This document shows, piece after piece, positions 58,168-64,000 of a stretch of DNA of 64,000 nucleotides. Every line of letters starts with the position of its first letter. The first letter of the stretch is position 1. A model generated the notes under the pieces. It did no database searches. It was not told where the DNA came from and saw only the letters and a list, made by a program, of their open reading frames with translations. The DNA is from the human T2T-CHM13v2.0 reference genome, Homo sapiens: assembly GCF_009914755.1 (NCBI RefSeq), contig NC_060926.1; one strand, given 5' to 3'. The position numbers and the translations under genes were made by a program.

Positions 58168-59301
58168 AATTCTTCATCTTCCCTTTTCGACTCCTATCAT
58201 GCAGCTATCATGCAGGATTTTTATTGCAATTTCTACATTCTCTACTACAGCTTTATAGTAAGATCAGTAATTATGCACAGCTACATTTGTGTAATACTAT
58301 GACAATTTGCTGTCATTTATCATTAATAATTAGATGCTTCTTTTATCGTAAAAATCTTCCAGATATTCTAAGTAAATCTTAATAAATCTTTGCCTCCTTA
58401 CATCTTTGAGTCATGGAAAAACACCATATTCTTATGCTCCAGATAGGCTTCCTGAAGCTATTAATGCCACCTTCCTGTGGCATCATAAAGCCATGTAGGA
58501 GAACAAATAATAATAGGATGAAGGGGCAGTTGGTATCTATTTTTTGTTTTTCCCAGTAGTGAGCAGATAACAATGCTAAATGACTTGTAAGTGCTGGGAA
58601 GGCTAAGGATTAAAAATCCTATTAATGATATGGGATGTGTCAGCTATACAGTTGGTCCTATCTTTATAATCCAACTACACTTGAGGCTAAGCCAGGACTA
58701 GACTAGGCAAGGAGACTGTCAGTGTTACAACCCAAAGTGTGGTTGCTGCCTGGTAATGAGGGACAGTAAAGATCTGAATTTGCCATCATTCAACAGTCAA
58801 AGTAAATAAAGTAAACAAAGGACAAGTGAGGACTGGATCTATAGAGTTGGCAAGGAAATGGAGACTAGAACAAGGAAAGCCAGGTGAAATGAAGAAGGGG
58901 CAGGGTTTGACAAATGACTTATGAGAACCTCCTGAGGAGTCAGGTTTCTTATTCCTGAAGGAGACCAAAGTGACCAGGGTCTATTTTCCCCATAGGACAC
59001 AGCATATCTTGGATGTTGGAAGCAGCTACATACCAAATGGTAGTCTGTTTGTGAGAACTAAGGTTGACCTAAGACAAATGACGCAGGCCTATTTCCTGTC
59101 CTCGGTGGTGGGTCTTGGCCTGTCTTCATAAAGGGATACGGAATAGACTAGGTCTCCTCTGGCCTCAAGGTCTAAGCCCTAGCTATTGAGAGTGAGAGTT
59201 GTGTAGAGAACTTTAGGACAAGGAAGAAGGTAAAATTCCTCTTGAAATTCAATGATTCATATACATTTATTTATCAAACAGTACCAGCGATTGTGCTTTG
59301 C

Positions 59302-59512
59302 CAGGATTTGGCAGACATCCTGGAAAGGGCCAGAGCACTGTAGGTTTTGTAAGCCATGTGCTGTCTGTCCCAGCTACTCAGTTCTGCCCTTGGTAGCCTG
59401 AACTTCCCTTTGCAGTCTTGAACAATATATGAATGAATGAGCCTGGTTGTTATTTACCTTCAAAAGACAGTAGGCTGGATGTTGCCCCTGGCCTGTAGTT
59501 TGCTCACCCTTG
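59302..59512. mobile_element. MER58A-like MITE
   Basis: caggatttggcagac..aaagggccag..cagctactcagttctgcc..ggcctgtagtttgctcaccctt. Confidence 0.65.
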
Positions 59513-60605
59513 CATAGCAAATTCAAAATTCACTTGAGTTCACAAGAGTCTACTTTCTAAGTAAAAATGACCCTGATGAGGTTGTTAAGTCAGGGGAAAG
59601 AATTAACAAATTAGTGTCCACTCTTCTAGGGTCTAGTAGGAATCCTCAGGTCTGAAAAAAGTTTTGCTAAGGAGTAGTGTGAAAGGAAGAGAGAGAAATA
59701 ACTTGAGACCAGCCTAGATGGAGAACTAGGGTAGGAAGATTTTCGAAGCAGTAGTCCAGAGTGATAAAAGAGGGTAGTGAAGAGCTGACATAACAAGGTG
59801 GATGCACAGCCTGGGGAATGTATTGAACATGATCATCACTCATACCCACTGCCTGAACTCACCTGCGAAAGCCTACTTTTTCTGTTCTCAAGCAGCAACC
59901 AGCCTCGGTGAGAAAAGGAAACTTACTAAATTTGAGGTGAGGTGTCTTCAGCTTCATGGTGTCCACAGAAAATACATACAAGGTATTTTAGGTCACCTGT
60001 AACTGTATATTCAGGCAATCAAGAGACCTATATCCTATTGCAACCAGAAATAGCCTAATTCTTGTGTAAATAACAGAATCACACCTCTCCTAGCAGCCAT
60101 AGCCTAGCTTTCACTTACCCTCTGTTTGACATACTTGTGGGGCTTATGAGAAAACCAGGTAGTGTATTACACATGTTTTTTTCATTTTTGCATCATTTTG
60201 TAATTGTAGACATGCGATGGCCTCATTTTAAATTCCTCATTCTATGTAACAAACGATGTGGGTTGTATGAATCTTTCCTGACAAGGTACAGATGTTGATA
60301 AAGTTTAGTATTTTTGGTTTTAGTTATGTAGTATTGTGGTCAGGGAATAGGGCCTAAATTTCTGCTTTGGGAATTTATTAATGTTTTATTTTGGCCAAAT
60401 ACGTATTAAATTTTTGTTAATGGTCTATGGATACATTTGCAAGGAAGGTGACTACCTTGTTTTAAGATGATATTACATATCATGTCATATAGCACATGTA
60501 TATATATTATAAAGTATATTATATATGATACATATTTTGTTATTATTTATTCCATAGCTTATCACTTTGGTTTAGTTAGATTAGATTAGATTTGCTTAAC
60601 TTTAA

Positions 60606-60917
<312 letters not shown>

Positions 60918-63507
60918 TTTGCCTCCTTTTTATGTAGACAAAGTAGTATATTTTGTTTTGCATTTTGGATGAATGAAGAAATTTTTTTAAATTTTGCCCA
61001 TGAGAATGTCTGCATGATCCTTATTATTTCAGTTATGGAAAATAAATTTGTTGAGCTGAAATAATATCTTAGGTCTTCAATAATTTTTATTTTTAGCTTC
61101 TATTAATAACATAATATCTGTATTGTGTTTCCCATCTTTTGTTTGATTTCTGTAGAATAACTTCAAAAATAATGAATTTTATGGGGACCTTTGTTGAGAA
61201 TTTTAAAAATCATAAGTGAGAAATTTTTTTGGAATTTTTAAGTATGTTTTTAATGATAACTTCACTTTCTGTTTAAAAAATGCAGATATTCTCTCTCTCT
61301 CTCTTTTTTAACTGTCACCAGATATCTTGGTTTCATTCAATTTATCTATAAATAAAAAGTATAAGACTGGCCTTATTGACCACACGGTTGGGTTATCTAT
61401 TTTACTTATAGTGCTGTGCAGTGTCAACTGGAATGCATTTTTACATTCAGTGCATATCTAATCTCCTTTTACCTTTTCCTGCACACACAGTACATAGCAT
61501 ACTTGCAAACCAGCTTCTGTTGTATAATGGATCTCTAGTTTACTTTCTGCCTTGTTCACCTACTGGGTTTTCAGTGTTTAACCATAAAGATATATTTATA
61601 CATTTATGTAGTATCTTTAAACACACACATGCACATGCACTTCAGTTCTGTAAGAATACAGTTAGAGCATTTCTTACAGGTGTTAGGAAATATGTAACAT
61701 TAACTGTTCAGAAGAATTCGAAGTTGATTGTAAAACTGAAGTCAATGAATCAAAAGAAAGTAGAAACCCATTCTTAAGAAGACCTGAGCTGTATAGATCA
61801 CTTTTTACTCTTGCCATCCCAAATAGTAATCCTTTTATCTAAGGTTAGCAGTACCTATATGAACATTGAGTTAACCCACTCAGCATTACTGGGGAGTGGT
61901 AGTGTAAATGGCACCTGTTTAACATCATACAGGAACCTAGCACTGTATAAGTGGGTAAAGAAAGTAGGTGCCATTTCCTGGGTATCCCTGGAATCTGAAA
62001 GAACCCATATACAACCACATTTCCAGACTTACCTATTTTTTTTCATGGCAATGCCATCATTCTGTTTACTCGGGCTGGAGAGTTGATTGTGATGGTGGCC
62101 TCACCCTTACTCTCCTCAGTATCCCTTCTCCCACAGCCCAACATCCAGTTGATTTCCAAGTTACATCATACCTACTCCCAATTCTTTCATCCTAGGTTAG
62201 GCTCTCCATAGTGCTTGCCTGGGGGTTATAACAGTCTCCAACCTGCATTTATTGACTCCAGCCTTTGTGTTCTCCAGTCCAACATTTAGGTCAGCAATTT
62301 TGCATGACAGATGGTGTCACGTGCATAGGGCTGTCTTATGCACAGTCCCTAGACCACTTTTGCTTTCACATAAGAAGGCATATGAGATTGTGAGCAAGAG
62401 TGATATTATAGAAATAATAATTGACGCTGCTCTAACTTATAAAAGACATAAGCTTCAGTACTTATATTACTACTAATAAGTTATACCTACTTCACAACTG
62501 ATGACAATAAGGTACTTCCGTTGAAAACTGCTTATGGAGATTGCTGTTAAATTAATCTTCTAAAGCACAGTACTGATCATGTTGACCACCAGTATCTCTG
62601 CATTCCTACCAAGTAAAAGTTAAACTTCCCATTCTGTCCTTCAAGACTCTCTGTAGGCTCTCTATAGTTTTGCCTTTCAAGTCTTACCTTCTGTTATTTC
62701 TCTTTAAGTATGCTTGAGCCAAATAGGACTTTACACCATTCTCTGAACATAACCTACCCATTCCTCCTTTCATGCCTGTAAAGCCCTCCCCTCAATTGTA
62801 CCTCTTGAAATTCTATACATTTCTCAAGACCTAATTTAAAGGTTAGCGTTTCCAAGAAAGAATTCCTGGTGTCATTGGCAAAGAATAATCTCTTTATCTT
62901 TTGAATTTGCTCTGTACCTTATTTTTATCCAGTAACCCCCACCATACATGGTATTATAGTCCCTTGAATATGCCTTTAAGGTAGAATAAATGTCTCATAC
63001 AACTTGGTATCTCCTCAACATCTAGCACAGTGTTTTTCATATTGTGTATACAGTACACAGTAGAAGTTTCTAGAATAAATGAAAGAATATTGAATTCTAT
63101 ACTCTCCCTCTAGATTAATTATATTCAGTAATCATCAGTGGAGGCTTATTGGCAGCAAAAAAGTACTACATTAGATCCCTAAAAACTATTAATAGAAGCT
63201 ATCTCTGACATAGAATAATGCTGAGGAAGTATTCTGAACACTTTTTGACACACAGGAAATATTTGTTAGCTTATTTGCTAAACTACAAATTTTGAGGATA
63301 GTGAAATTGAAGATGCCCACTTCTGTGAAATGAGTCAAATAGTTGATAAGCTGAGCATAGTTGATTAGAAAAGATCTCACAGGTGATTGTGCTTAAATAA
63401 TGAAGCCATGTATAATACCTTAGCTAGTTCTCTGAAAGCATTTAACAATGTTTTTATCTCTATGCTTTTTTGCCCCCCTGGTGTGGGGGGTGCATTTCTC
63501 AATCTTG

Positions 63508-63812
63508 TTTCTTTTTTCCTTTTTTTTTTTTTTTTTGAGACTGAGTTTTGCTCTTTCACCCAGGCTGGAGTGCAGTGGCGCGATCTCGGCTCACTGCAAT
63601 CTCCACCTTCTGGTTTTAAGCCATTCTCCTGCCTCAGCCTCGTAGCTGGGACTACAGGCGCACACCACCACACCCGGCTAATTTTTTTATTTTCAGTGGT
63701 GATGGGGTTTCACCATGTTGGCCAGGCTGGTCTTGAACTCCTGACCTTGTGATCCACCTGCCTCAGCCTCCCAAAGTGCTGGTATTACAGGCGTGAGCCA
63801 CCGCACCCAGTC
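63508..63812 (-). mobile_element. AluS (antisense)
   Basis: Poly(T) plus Alu body ending gagccaccgcacccagtc. Confidence 0.92.
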
Positions 63813-64000
63813 AATCTTTTTTCTTTATTGTTTTCTTCTTCCAAATGGTTTACATAGTAGATGGGAAGTCTTCAATAAATGTAAACTATTGTTATTAATA
63901 TTAATGCTCACAGTAAGCATTTACTTAGGAAGCCAAAAATCAAGCCTAAGGATGTACTTTTTCAGAAAGGGACAGATGTTGAGGGATTAAGCCAAACTGT

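Overview
Primate (almost certainly human) genomic DNA from the middle of EHBP1 (EH-domain-binding protein 1), transcribed on the + strand. Five coding exons splice in one continuous frame: 19799-19977, 20885-20933, 25342-26244, 32600-32743 and 56263-56410. They encode the calponin-homology domain, a long Ser/Asp/Glu-rich linker and two copies of an ERAR helical motif. The gene continues beyond both window ends. The first ~17.5 kb is a stack of L1, Alu, DNA-transposon and L2/MIR relics with two ribosomal-protein retrocopies (RPL3, RPS20). The intron at ~39.4-48.6 kb is transposon-poor and looks like conserved regulatory DNA. I see no new multi-gene system. The best second-look items are: a semi-processed RPL3 retrocopy that keeps an intron 3' end; a 113-bp perfect identity between two otherwise diverged inverted Alus bracketing two exons; a TACTAAC...TTAG|GTAAG recursive-splice or poison-microexon candidate; several candidate microexons or terminal exons; and young perfect tandem duplications. 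Repeat subfamily names and boundaries were assigned by eye from remembered consensus sequences and are approximate.
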